Below the pieces are notes generated by a model. It made no database searches and was not told the DNA's origin. It saw only the letters and a list, made by a program, of their open reading frames with translations. Both the position numbers and the translations under genes were made by a program. Positions 24,596 through 37,096 of a stretch of DNA of 64,000 bases are shown piece after piece (within the stretch, counting starts at the first letter, position 1; each line of letters starts with the position of its first letter). The stretch comes from Marsupella aquatica. Its lineage: Eukaryota; Plantae; Marchantiophyta. The DNA lies in contig OZ316896.1 in the NCBI GenBank assembly GCA_973895155.1, forward strand, positions 14,418,684 through 14,482,683. The letters are read 5' to 3'.

Positions 24596-27440
24596 CAGAG
24601 TGGACCCCTCATACCCCAAGCCCTCACACTCCAAGATTCAACTAAATAAGTGCAGGAACTACTCTATGTAGTTCTAGTGCATCTATCAATAAATGTGTCT
24701 CGTGTGCTGCAATAATGCATAAATGCATGTATGTGCTCGTGGAGAAAATTTTACTCATATATAGTAGTCTCGTGCCTGGCGTCTGCACTAGATGTAGTCA
24801 TGAGACTCATCTAGTTAGATGGAAGACCTATAGCCTGTTTGAGCTAGAAATGGGAGGACTGCAAAAGGAGAGGTTCATTGTGATAAGGCTGTGATTGAGA
24901 TGGCCAGATACTGGGTGAGATACAAAAAGATTGAGAGGACTCTATTAGTGCATGCAAATTTTCTGCCTTCCTTTCCCATGCCACTGGCCTGACTGTGCTC
25001 AGGCCCATGGTTGCCTTCCCACATATTATCTCACCTTAAAACTTACCGCCACCCCGGAGTCACGGTCGAGATGCTTCACTCTTGATCAAAGGCTCTAGAG
25101 TGTAGCTTTTGATCACAAATGATTACGTACATATGTGAGTTGATTGTGGTATTTGTGTTAGAAATGATTTATTCCTCTGTGGATTGTTTGTGGCTGGGTT
25201 TGTATTTTCTACCCTTTTTCCAGGTTACATACCTCTGAATGCTGCTAAAATGCTTTACATTGATTCCCCTCCACCCCCACCAAAAACTAAACCAACCAAA
25301 ACATAGTAATTTTCTTGCCATAGATAATCTATGGTTGGATGATCAACATCATCATCAGGATGGAGTACTCCTAAAGCTTTAAGTTTGTACCTAATTTGGG
25401 ATATGCTCACCTCCCTTATGGTTTCAAGGCCGGTGGCATTTTCCCTAACCCAGTCCCTAAACTCATTTATGGTCTGAAACTGGCTTGCAAAGAGACAAGG
25501 TTTCAGTCCAAACAAACAAAGTTTGGGCAAACATTTGTCACAACTTTACAAACAAGAGTCACAACTTGTAAGTGGTTTTGCTGCACATAGCAACAGGGCT
25601 CTACTACATCCACATTCTGTTGGAGAGACACATTTGGTTCTCGATTTGGTTGACTATGCAAGCCACTAAAGGTGTGGCTAGAGTCCTCCATGGACTATGT
25701 ATAGTTGCACCCTTGGAGGTGCTCTTAAACCTCTACTGTCACCTGAAGTTCTGGAGCAGCTTTTCCTCCACTTTATTATTTTCTTAAGGAGTCTTTGTAC
25801 TTACTAGGTTTTGTTAGATTGGCACAGTTTTTTGGTACAAAATGGCCACTTGCCACCTTTTTAAAATTATTCATTACAATGCCACTGTTGTTGTTACGTG
25901 CTAAAAGACTTAACCTGGTTAACTGCATAAGATTCTATTGCCCTAGGATAGCCATATTGGATAATCTGACAGTTCCCATTGCCTGCGGAGCAGACTGTCC
26001 AAGGGGTTTGGGCCCTGCTATGGGGGCGGAGGATGGCAGTCTGGAAATAGGGAGGCAAGGGCGGGGGCGAAACCCTATCCCTGTGGACTAGTAGCGGGAT
26101 GTGTGTGAATCCAACGACACAAGGGCAATGGAAACCATCTGGTCTCGATTTGAAAATTTCAGGGCCGTAAGATCTGCTGTGGATAATGTTAGGTAACCCT
26201 AACTCAGGACATTTTAAAATTAATCTAATGTTACATTAAAGTAATTCATCCAAAAATGGTGGCATGTTTAGGGTACTTGACAAAAAAATTGTCAATCTAG
26301 TGAAACCCACTTTTTAGTTTTGTTACGGGGGTTATGGTATGATATGAAGCAGAACCTGAGCAGTGACAATGGTGGTCCAACGGGTTACTGGGTTGAGAGT
26401 GGGAGTACAAGTTTTTCATGGAACCCGCGCCCATAGAGGAGAGGGGCTTCCCTCGGATTCAATTTCTCCCGCGTTATTCTCATCATTCCGCCGAATCTGT
26501 TCTCCACTTCTTCGCGATGGAGATTTTCTGCTCTCCTGTGTGATGATGATCTGCGGGTCCGAATCTGACTTGGTTGATGTACGAGAGAGATAATAACAAC
26601 AGTCGAAAGGTGGAGTGCCGCACTTTCAGATCGTGAATTCATAAACCTCTACTACGGAGCAGCGTCCTGGCGACTCATCATCTGCTTGGTTACTCTGCTC
26701 TGGCGAGGTGGACTCTGGCGATGTGCGTCACTCTCTCTCGAACCCATTCTCTCATTCTCGCTCTCCCTCTCACCTTTCCTCTCAAATGTCGGATTCCTGA
26801 TGGGTAGCTTTCGACTTTTCGTAAAATTGTTTAGAAATCCCTGCTAAGAATTCTCTTGTTCTTTCGTGATTTTTTCGCTGCGAGTGTCATTGGATTGTTT
26901 GCTGGGATACTTGATTGTTGTCCTTGTGGTGTCTCGGTTGGTGATGTGTGTTTGTGCCTATTTTCTGTTTTTGCAAGCCATTTCTTGAATCTCGGAAGCC
27001 CCTGTTGTACACAAGTAATTCTATCCTTGGTCCGACTGATTCCGGTGCACGTTAAGAACTGCTAGCTCACTCTTCTTATGCCACCTCCGATACTCTATCT
27101 TGTAGTTCCGATTCCTATTCCCGATTTGGATTTATGGGCCCCGTGTACATTGGAATCATTCATTCATTTAGTCTATCTGTAGTTTTCTCAGTAACAAGGG
27201 TTGACTCTAGACTTTGTATAACAGTTTTGCCTACTCAGAGGATTTGGGATCTTCGGGTTGTGTTTTTCGAATTCTCTTTCGTCTTTGTTCTATTCTTGTG
27301 ATGGTTAGATGCACTCCATCCTCGTCGGATTTTCGGCGTTCACCTGTCTGGCAATTGGGTGTGTGAAAATTTGCTTCAATACCTGGTCATGCGTTTGAGG
27401 GAACTCAAGTTGTGTTGCAATAACCCTTGCTTCGATTGCC

Positions 27441-30017
27441 ATGACGTTCAGTGGCAGCAAAGAGTCCAGGATGGCTACCTCGAAGACCAAAAATATTTCT
27501 GCTTTCTTTGAGCCAGTCAAGAGGCTACGAGTGGACGCTGAAGCGAATGCCGGATCTGCTCACGTGCTAAGCAAGACAGCAAGCGTTGCTAAGAAGGTTA
27601 GAAACGTTAGTACTACCGCGAAAGGGTCGGATGGCCACGATTTGCATCCCCTTCCAGGATTTGAACCTCCCCCATTTCGAGGCGTTAATCAGCACCAGAG
27701 TACACTGCAGGAGACTGGAGAGGCAGGAGCATCGATCGTACAGGAGCTGAAGGAAGCAGTGCCTGCCCAAGAGATGACTAAGGAACAAAAGATGAGAATG
27801 GAGCTGAATAAAACTATTGCGGGCTCAAAACGAAATTTGAGGATTTGTGAAGAACATATTGCTGAATGTCAAAGTATGGATTTAAAACTTTCCACTCTTT
27901 TGCATTTTCAGCTCTCTCTTAGCATTTTTCGAGGGACCCGCATTTTGAAATCTGTTCATTCACCGCAACACTGTTGGTGCCTACACATTTAGCTTACATG
28001 GCATAGGCACGACCCCACTTGTTTGGAGCTTGCCTGCATTAATACCTTTGATCAATGCACGTATTGCTAATTTCTCGAGAGCAAAACAATGCGAAAGGTA
28101 GAATTGACGCTTTCTCGCTGACCGTCATGAATTTAATGCAGAGCTAGGCAGATCTTTTCCAGACTTTCAGAAGCTTCTCGTGGAGCAGAGCTGGCTAGAA
28201 GTTGTCCAAGACGAATTTACCAAGCAGTATATGAACACACTTCACACTTTTGTGCAACAAGAGTCTGCAGGGAAACTACCTGTCTATCCTCCGCTTCCTC
28301 TAATTTTTAATGCGTTTAATACGTGCCCTTTTGACAAAGTGAAGGTGGTCATCATTGGTCAGGTCTGTCACCCTCTATTTTCCCCAACTCTTGATGTGCC
28401 TGACCCTCCGTTGTTAATGTTGTTCTCAATTACTTCGGGGTTGAAGTTTTGTAGTTTTCATTTTCCAAAGGCCACACATTAGCCGGTGCATTGCTTCCTA
28501 TCAGCACTAACGCGCGTAGTGTGATGAATCGGTATTACTTTCTTAATTACTGACTCGAGCTGGGCCTTATAAGCCTTTCCATAATTCCTTGCTTTTGTGA
28601 ACACCAGGATCCCTATCATAACCCAGGTCAGGCGATGGGGTTGAGTTTTTCTGTTCCTAAAGGAATGAAAATCCCTTCGAGCTTAGTGAATATCTTCAAA
28701 GAGATTCGAGATGACGTCGGAGTTCATATTCCATCACATGGGAACCTTGAGAAGTGGGCTCATCAGGTAAATGACTACTTCCGACACCAGGGTGTTTCAT
28801 GAATGTTATTGCATCTCTTCACCTTATTAGCATTGTCAAGGATAAGGGTAGGTTCGTGAATCCCAAGCTTCGATACGTTATGCTGTTAGGCTATGAATCG
28901 CCCGCAGCTTATCTTCCTATTCACACCTTAAAAGGCGGGGAATTCATGTCAACGATATCGCAAGACTTCTTGAAATGACTGTGTTGGTTTGTCAACAGGG
29001 CGTCCTTCTGCTAAATGCTGTGATGACAGGTATTATTGCTCAGATAGTCTTTTTGAGAAGAAAATTTCTTGGAGCTGTTTGTTGAGTCTTCGTAAGGGTG
29101 GTGTATCTTCTCTGCGTGGTCATGTTTTGACTTCCTGATTCTGTAGACGGGCTTTCCAAGCGTAACTGATGTGGAGGGGTTTCATAATTTTGTGGGATGA
29201 CAAAACTAGTAGGTCTTGCTCTACTTTTCTTGATGTCTGACAAAATATGTTAGATCCGAACCTCACGAGTGACACCAGGATAAGTGGGTTAACAACAAGG
29301 CCTCAAACAGCAAAAGACGAGTGTTGAGAATTTCTGCACTGATTTTGGAACTTGTGCAGTGCGAGAACACCACGCGAACTCCCATGCAAAGAAAGGGTGG
29401 GAGCCTTTTACAGATGCCGTAATCCGTGCAGTGTCTCAGAGAAAGGAAGGAGTAGTATTCTTACTTTGGGGCAACTCGGCACAAGACAAGACACGGTATG
29501 GGTCTGAAAGTCGCTCTTCGTCACCACGTTAATGAAACTGCTCCTGAGCCTGTGTCTATGAACGGACTTGAAGTGCGCTACATTTCGATACTGGAACATC
29601 TTACAAGTTAGGATGGGTTTTGTTTCAGGTTGATTGACACGAAAAAGCATCATATCTTGAAAGCAGCACATCCATCAGGGCTATCTGCTCACAAAGGTTT
29701 CTTCAATTGCAGGTAATATTCAGTGACTATAGTAGTTGGCCTTCATTTTCCTATTCACTTAAGAATATCTGTAAGTTCGTTTGGAGATTGTTTTGGTGTT
29801 TCTAAATGGACTTACTCAGGTGACCTTTGTCTTATGATTACAGTGTTTTGTTAACTTCTGGTTGATACACCATGCTCGAATTATAGGATACTGTCTTAGT
29901 ACATGAATATATATTCTAAGCAACGTTTCTTGTGCTCTGCTTGCTCATAGGCACTTTTCAAAGACAAATCAAATTCTGGAGAAAGCTGGTGAGCTTCCTA
30001 TCGACTGGCAATTATAG
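27441..30017 (+). CDS. UNG: Uracil-DNA glycosylase (family 1), 7 coding exons
   Basis: Approximate exons 27441-27873, 28142-28362, 28608-28766, 28999-29029, 29360-29495, 29629-29712, 29951-30017. Motifs VKVVIIGQ|[65 protein letters not shown]-like KNISAFF near the N-terminus. Confidence 0.95.
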
Positions 30018-31139
30018 CATATACCCGACATGCATCCAGCCATCCTTGGCTTCAGGGCTATTAAGACCAATTCGAGGCAAGGGAATATCAAATGGTGGTC
30101 ACTTTACAGGATCACAATTGTTTTTGGAAGACAATGAACAGCTGCCAGAAATTTGAGCTGGCTGCTGTGTCAGAAGTCCAAGATAATTTATCCTCAAAAC
30201 AATCTTGGGGCTGGTGGAAATGACTCCCTAGTCTATCTACCAAAATCATTCACTTGGCACATGTGCTCCAATGTGGTTTGAGGTTATCTGACACGATCGA
30301 AGGGGATCAGCGGCTTCTGTTGGAGCTGTTTGATATAGAGTAGGGCGTGGGAAGGAATTTTTGTGATCTGTGGGTGGAAGCACGATCGTACAATCTTCCT
30401 CAATTGGGGAACAGAAGGAGGTGTTTAGGCTGAATATTCAGTACAGGCCCTCTATTATTGAAAACCTTTCAAATCATGTAAATTATTCTCACTTCCATGG
30501 GAGTATTAGACCTCATGGAGGTCAACAGGAAGTCATCAAATGACCAGCTGGATGTTTTGAGCACTAAATGTTACCCTTTAGTATGATGCTCCCTACAGTT
30601 TGTCCCTCCAGGGAAGCTACAAGCTGATATGGGATCGCCATTGCAAATATTTTGTTCCGATGGATACCTAAGCTTGCATGAAATCTTTGTAAATGTTTAT
30701 TTAGTTCCTTAGTGTGTCCACCAGGGGGGCTACAAGCTGAGATGGGATCTCCGCTCCAAACATTTTGCATTGCATAGTATTGCATGAGCTTGTACGAGAT
30801 CTGTGGAAATGTGTATTTTAATTAGGATGACACAAGTTTAGAGAGAAAACATGACTATTCTACAAAACCCCCTTTGTAATCCTCTCCAAGGTTTGGATGG
30901 AGACCCCATCCAAGGTCATGACTCTTGGCGTGGGTAAAATTCCCATATCATGTGTTACATTTGTTTTCATAGGCTTTCACTAGGTTGAATCTTACTAGTG
31001 ATTCACAATAGAAACCTACTTTTATGGCTACCTAGGTATAGAGTGAAGCCGATAGAAACCTACCTTGATGGCTGCCTAGGTATAGGATGAAGCCTTAGAG
31101 TGAATCTACCAATTCACTCTACACTCTAGGATATCTGGA

Positions 31140-31430
31140 CTTACCAATTCACTTGACTTACCTTAACTCTCCTTAACTCTGCTTGCGTCACTTAACTTAC
31201 CTTACCTCTGCCTGTGTCACTTAAGTTTGGGGGTGCAGGGAACGGGGACAAATTATCACTCAACTTACCTTACCTCTGCCTGTGTCGTTTGAGGGTGCAG
31301 GGAAGGGGGACAAATTATCAATGAATGTGAATAATAATTAATCTTACCTTACCCCTGCCTGTGTAACTTAAGTTTGGGGGTGCAGAGAACCGGGACAAAT
31401 TATAAATAAGTGTGAATAATAATCAATCTT
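31140..31430. repeat. Short-period and ~65-100-bp tandem repeats
   Basis: cttaccttacctctgcctgtgt...ggggtgcagRgaa..gggacaaattat occurs three times, preceded by cttaac/cttacc stutters. Confidence 0.75.
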
Positions 31431-31489
31431 TTTCTTGCAAGGTTTCTTTTGTATTCATCTATATTTACAGCCTAGACTATTGTCTTAAG

Positions 31490-31792
31490 CCCTGAACCCT
31501 GAGGAATAGTGGCTTGTCTAAAACTTTTGCCTACAACCCTGAACCGTGAGAAATAATCTGAAATCTTGAATCATTGTAGAAAACCATTGCCTAAAACCCT
31601 GAACCCTGGGCAATAGTCTCTTGTCCTGAAACCATGAACTATTTTCTAAAACCGTTGCCTAAACCCCTGAACCCTGGGCAGTAGTCTCTTGTCCTGAAAC
31701 CATGAACTGTTTCTAGAACCGTTGCCTAAAACCCTGAACCATCCAGAAACCATTTGCCCAAAATCCTCAACATGCAGCTAAGTCCTGAACCC
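31490..31792. repeat. Tandem array built on CCCTGAACC motifs (~60-70-bp unit, 4-5 copies) upstream of tRNase Z
   Basis: ttgcctaaaaccctgaaccctgggcaRtagtctcttgtcctgaaaccatgaact repeats with variation. Confidence 0.8.
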
Positions 31793-32208
31793 ATTAAGCG
31801 AAACCTTGTCTAAACACCTTACTCTTTGATTGATTGATGACTGAATCTGAATCTGGACTCCTGAAAACTGAGTCCACGGATCGCACGAAACATCCTGAAC
31901 CCCTGATCCGCGACAGCCATCTTCGGCGCTGCATTAATTTTACTCTCCAGTATTTCCTAGAAGCGTCGAAACAGAGCCAAAAAAGTTCCTCCATAGATCC
32001 TTACTCTTTTGCATTCTCGTCACGTCTAGAGCAAGGAAAGTTTTGTCAATTCGAATTGAGGTCTTGTGGCAGGTTCTGGTAGGTGATGAATAGGAGAACC
32101 TAATCTGTACAGTCCTGCTGTCTTTAGGCCACAAAAACACCCAATAGGCATTGCTGTTGTCGGCAATAGCTGTGCCGTAGTATCTGCCTCTCTGTTTATC
32201 GTTCTCAT

Positions 32209-35200
32209 ATGGCAGCAGTGGGCCTGGCACTGTTGCGAAGAAGACTGGCACCAGCGTCAAACTTTTGCCTCGTGGTTGTCTCCAAACTCGTGGAGAATCC
32301 AGTTCTTAGCCAACGATCTCCGTATCTAGAATTTCCACTGCAGCAAATATCAGAAGTCATCATTCGTCGCCGATCGCTCTTCTCCCGCTCCCGGAGTCAG
32401 GTGCAGACACCTTCAGCTGAAGTTGCAGGTAAAGCAATTCGAGTACAGAAGGCAAGAACCGATAAGAATCTTGAAGCAGAGGAAAATGCATCCGATCACA
32501 AGTCATGTGAGGTCAAGTCCAGTACTGCGCCAGTTAAGCCACGAAAAAGTTCCGCAGCAAGGTCTTTTAGTCCTCTTAAGGCGATGCAAAGGATTGAGAG
32601 CATGGATTATACAGAGGAAAGAACTGCTGGGAAATTGGTCAACGACAGACACAAATCAGGTCAGTGATCGTTTGAAATGCAGTTTGCTCCTCACAAGATG
32701 AAGAAGCTCGACAGGATAGCGATAGTAAATGCATGCTTTGTAGGGATAATGCTTCTGTCCATTCTATGAGGGGAAAGGGGCCTTTTTTTTCTTGTTTGTT
32801 CAATGCACTGGGTAGTGAGGTGAGAATGGCGAGCAGGGGGTGGAGACAAATGATTATAGACTAACATGTTGTTAACGCCTCTTGGGTTCCTGAAATAAAT
32901 TGAAACCAGTTCTGGTGGATTGAAAGAGTTTGTCTTACTGTGGGGCATGTGTGTTAAGGTTGGTGACTTCAATGAACACCATAAAATTTCTGAAATAAAT
33001 GCATTTAAGTGTGGCTTGGGAATTTCTTCAGTTTGTGAGTGGCTTTCGGTGAAGTGTTTGCATGTAGGGGCGAGCTTGATCGCATGTGCTGAAGAGTCGG
33101 TTGTTTATAAGATGCATCCATTGGCCTTACGAAATTCATTATTTCTTCAGGGAAATTGACTGGGGAGGTGGAGAAACCGTCGGCTTATGTGACATCTGAC
33201 TTTGTGGATCACAGAGCGATGCAATTGGTATTTTTAGGCACCTCATCATCAATACCAACGTGGAATCGAAGCACTTCATGCATTGCGTTAAGACTAGGTG
33301 AATATTGGCCCCACTTTCTACAACTTTTCATGTACACAGTAGATTGTCAAGAATAGTCTCACGCTCTGTCGTTCCTTTCACGTTGAAGCTACCAAAATTC
33401 GCACATATCAGACCTTTTGAGGCACTGAAAGCAAGCACTGACTTATGAGCATCGCCCTGCAGACGGATCCATTTTCTTGTTCGACTGTGGAGAGGGTGCT
33501 GTAAGGCAAATCCTGAGAACTCCTATGAAGCACTACGATATTAGCAACATCTTCATTACCCACATGCACGGGGACCATGTATCCACCTTTTCAGTTTTGG
33601 AACTTTCTGTGACACCTTCAAATGAATCACATCTCATCTCATCTCACCTGCAAACGACCCAAATTTTCATTAGTGTTGTCTGGATATGTTCCACGTTCCT
33701 GATTCTTAGATCGGTCCACTTCGTTTCTATAGAGGTTGGTGATCGTATTTTCACTGATAACTTAACCACATCGACATATGGTGTGATCCTTGGGAAATGG
33801 TTTCCTTAACGTTGTTCTTCACTTGGCCAGATATTCGGACTACCAGGTATGTCAGCATTTTGCAAGAGTTAGTTCTAAGTTCAAATCAGTTTTTATATAG
33901 GCTTCTAGATAGGGGGTTAAGTCCTTCACGTTCTCGGAAACTCTAGTTCCAGGTTACGAGAGTCTTTCCATACTCTTTCTTAAAACCAATTGATCTGTGC
34001 ATATGGTATGCAATTTATGAGTGCTCAGCCACTGTCATTAAGGGAAACTACTCCAATTTATGTCGATTGATGTGCATGTGTTGTGTCTAGGAAGGCCTTT
34101 TGTGTCGTATCGGACTAAAGGAGTTTCAAAGTAAGGATCCTATTCATATTTATGGTCCACAAGGACTGCGGCAGTGGATCCGTTCTACACTAAAAGCAAG
34201 CCATGCAAGGGTGCATCCTAAGTATGTAGTCCATGAGATGATTTTGAAGGTAATAAATCTGTTAATACATGTTCCTCCCAGATTAGATGACGCTAATTCA
34301 CAAAAAGTCACGTCTTCAAATTTTTACCAACTCCTTGGAAAGCAGTGGTGTCGTATCAGTTTAATAGTCCGCTTATAGGAAAGAAATTAGATGCTATTCT
34401 GGTTCATTAGAACGGCCTTTTGTCTGCTGAAAGTATGATATGGTTCGTGGCTCCTGTTTGACAGACGAAGGCTTCCAACACCTCTCACAGTTGGAATTCT
34501 GTGGAAGAGAATCATGTTGATGAGCTCCCTGGCAAGGATATTCGAAGTTCGTCGAAGGGACTCTGGCACATGTAAGTTTCTAACAGATAAAGTAGGAATA
34601 TGTCTCCATTGGCGCTATGTAAACTATCAATCATCCATACTTATTTAATCTGCTTCTTCGCTTCAATCACTAATTCCTGTCAGTGTCATGTGTCTGGAAT
34701 GGGTTGCTTCACACCACCGCCGATTTGTGTGTTGGCAATAATGATGCATATATGTGTGAATGTAGACATGAGGATGACAAGTATATAGTAATTGCAAGCT
34801 TCCTAAAGCACACAATACCCTGTTGGGGTTATGTAGTGGAGGAACATCCTCGACGAGGGAGGTTATGATTCTTACTTCCTTATCGTTTGATACGCCTTTC
34901 TGCAACATCCTTTGTCCTTTGTAACAAAGAAGCCCTATTCATCTCTGAGCTTATGATCATGATTGACAGTCCTGTCCAAACATCGAGTCTGATCAAGGTT
35001 TAGTCTCACAGATTCCAGGTGGAGCGTGCTCTTGAGGCTGGTGTAAAGCCAGGTCGCTACTTCACGATGCTCGAAACTGGTCATTCTGTAACACTTGCAT
35101 GTGGAAAAGTGGTAATTATTTCCATTTAGTTTTTTTTGCGGTGACATGTAATACGTGGCATCCTCACTGCATGTGTTGCTTTCTAGTTCACGCCTTTTTG

Positions 35201-36243
35201 ACGACCACCCTTGTGTTCTCTGTAGGTATCTCCGTCGGATGTCCTCGGACCACCTAGGAGAGGGAGGAAAGTAGGTATCTGTCCTCTCCTTAACTGAATC
35301 GAAGATCCATCACAGCTCCACCTTCAACTATCGTTCCATTATCTGCTGACTCAAATGTCGCTGATGAGGTTTTTCTCCTTGCTGAGCAGTCATCTTAGGA
35401 GACACGTGCGACTCAAGATCAATAGTGGTTGCTGCGAAAGAAGCTGATGTAGTTGTGCACGAGGCAACTGTATTGGAACAGGATGCATCAGAAATCTATC
35501 AGCGTGGTCACTCCACTGCAGGTAGTCCTATCGTTAATTTCAGTGATCAATTTATATCAACACGTTAAAATCAGATCAGGGCCTTACAACATTTCAGGAG
35601 CGTGCAGATTGGAACAAATCAGGACAATTTGAAGGGTCCTGACAAGTATCCAGACATGAAGTCAAAATATGTGAATTTGAAAGGCTCTCCTTACGCTAAA
35701 ATCTGTTAATGATCTGCTTGGCGGGCAAACAGACAATGCATGTTCATAACAGCACTCTGTGAACTTCAGAAATGGCAGGGGAGTTTGCTCGGACCATCAA
35801 TGCTGGCACTCTTATTCTCACTCACTTCAGTCGCAAACTAGATGGTGCATTATTTGTTGATGAGGTAATTTAGACTATTCATCTCTTTTTTGGAGAGGTC
35901 GCTACCTACCTGTCTTTATTCCAAACGGTCGGTTCTCGGGCTTTGTTTTGGTCAGGATCATGGTTAAAACTATTCTGCTAGTAAACGAAGAAGATAGTTC
36001 CTCGATAAGCTGTAACACTCTCTTCCTTCTGTCATTTTTTTTCGTCTTTGACATTGATATTGAATCTATGTTGTGTTTGTATAACAGAAAAGTCATGTGC
36101 GAACCACCATGAAGGACATGGTGTCCACAGCACAACGATCATTTGGCAAGCCTTCCGTGATTGCTGCAGAGGATTTAATGGCAATTACTATTCAGCTTGT
36201 AGATAAGCCCCCTGTGAAACGTTTTAATAAACGAGACATGTAG
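32209..36243 (+). CDS. Ribonuclease Z, short bacterial-type form (tRNase ZS), with a long N-terminal extension
   Basis: Multi-exon gene with motifs [28 protein letters not shown]|[21 protein letters not shown], flexible arm GVKPG, GDTCDS, VVHEAT, GHSTA, LTHFS and AAEDLM. Stop TAG at 36241..36243. Confidence 0.9.
33579..33830 (+). other. Probable U12-type (minor spliceosome) intron in tRNase Z
   Basis: 5' end GTATCCAC (consensus GTATCCTT). Consensus branch site TTTCCTTAAC at 33801..33810, about 20 nt before the CAG acceptor. Confidence 0.7.
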
Positions 36244-36849
36244 CGTTCCACGAAATGAAGTAACTTTCATGACATCATTAAATCTACACTGCTCATTTTT
36301 GGATGTAGTCTGATCCTGAAACATTCGCAAGCTGGCTACTGGCAGATATGTTGTGTGCTTAGGACAAACTTCACCTCACAAGAGCCTCTTTCGTCAGTAC
36401 AAACTTCCTAGGAGACAAAATGGGCACCACTGCGAGTACATAGCAAATAGCAGCGCGTACTTCTCTGATGCAATTTTTTGCCGAATTCCACCTCCCCAAA
36501 AAGTTTTTGCTACTCTTGGCAAAATTTTACTAAATTTTTTTCTGGGTCCATTCTGCCAGAGTTCTCTTTTGTCCGCGTAAAACATGGATTTTGTTAAGAG
36601 CGGTGGTTTGATGCGAAGCTAGAAAAGTTGTTTGATAAGTAGGACTCAGGATTGAAAGTGCCTTCTTTTTTATCACTTGTGATACACAAATCTCTCCCAA
36701 AGAAGATACATAATCTTTATTCATTCATTGCAATTTATTAGTATTTGCAAGTTGGACCATTCCTTGACACCACTTAGATGCCCCGGATACACTTGAGTAC
36801 AGATAGTTTGCACTGGCTTGAAAACATTCTTTGAAAACCACATCCTGTT

Positions 36850-37096
36850 CTACATGGTCATTGCTCTGCTTCACGCCTACTTTTTCCTGCGATACCAGTC
36901 GCTTTATTAGTTTGATAATTTGATTTATTTTGGGTAATCCATCATTAGATAATAATACATAAAGAGTCATATCTACATGGTCATTGCTCTGCTTCACGCC
37001 TACTTTTTCCTGCGATACCAGTTGCTTTATTAGTTTGATAATTTGATTTATTTTGGGTAATCCATCATTAGATAATAATACGTAAAGAGTCATATA
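36850..37096. repeat. Near-perfect ~123-bp tandem duplication
   Basis: ctacatggtcattgctctgcttcacgcc...aaagagtcatat occurs twice. The repeated peptide in ORF 36725..37102 reflects this. Confidence 0.9.
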
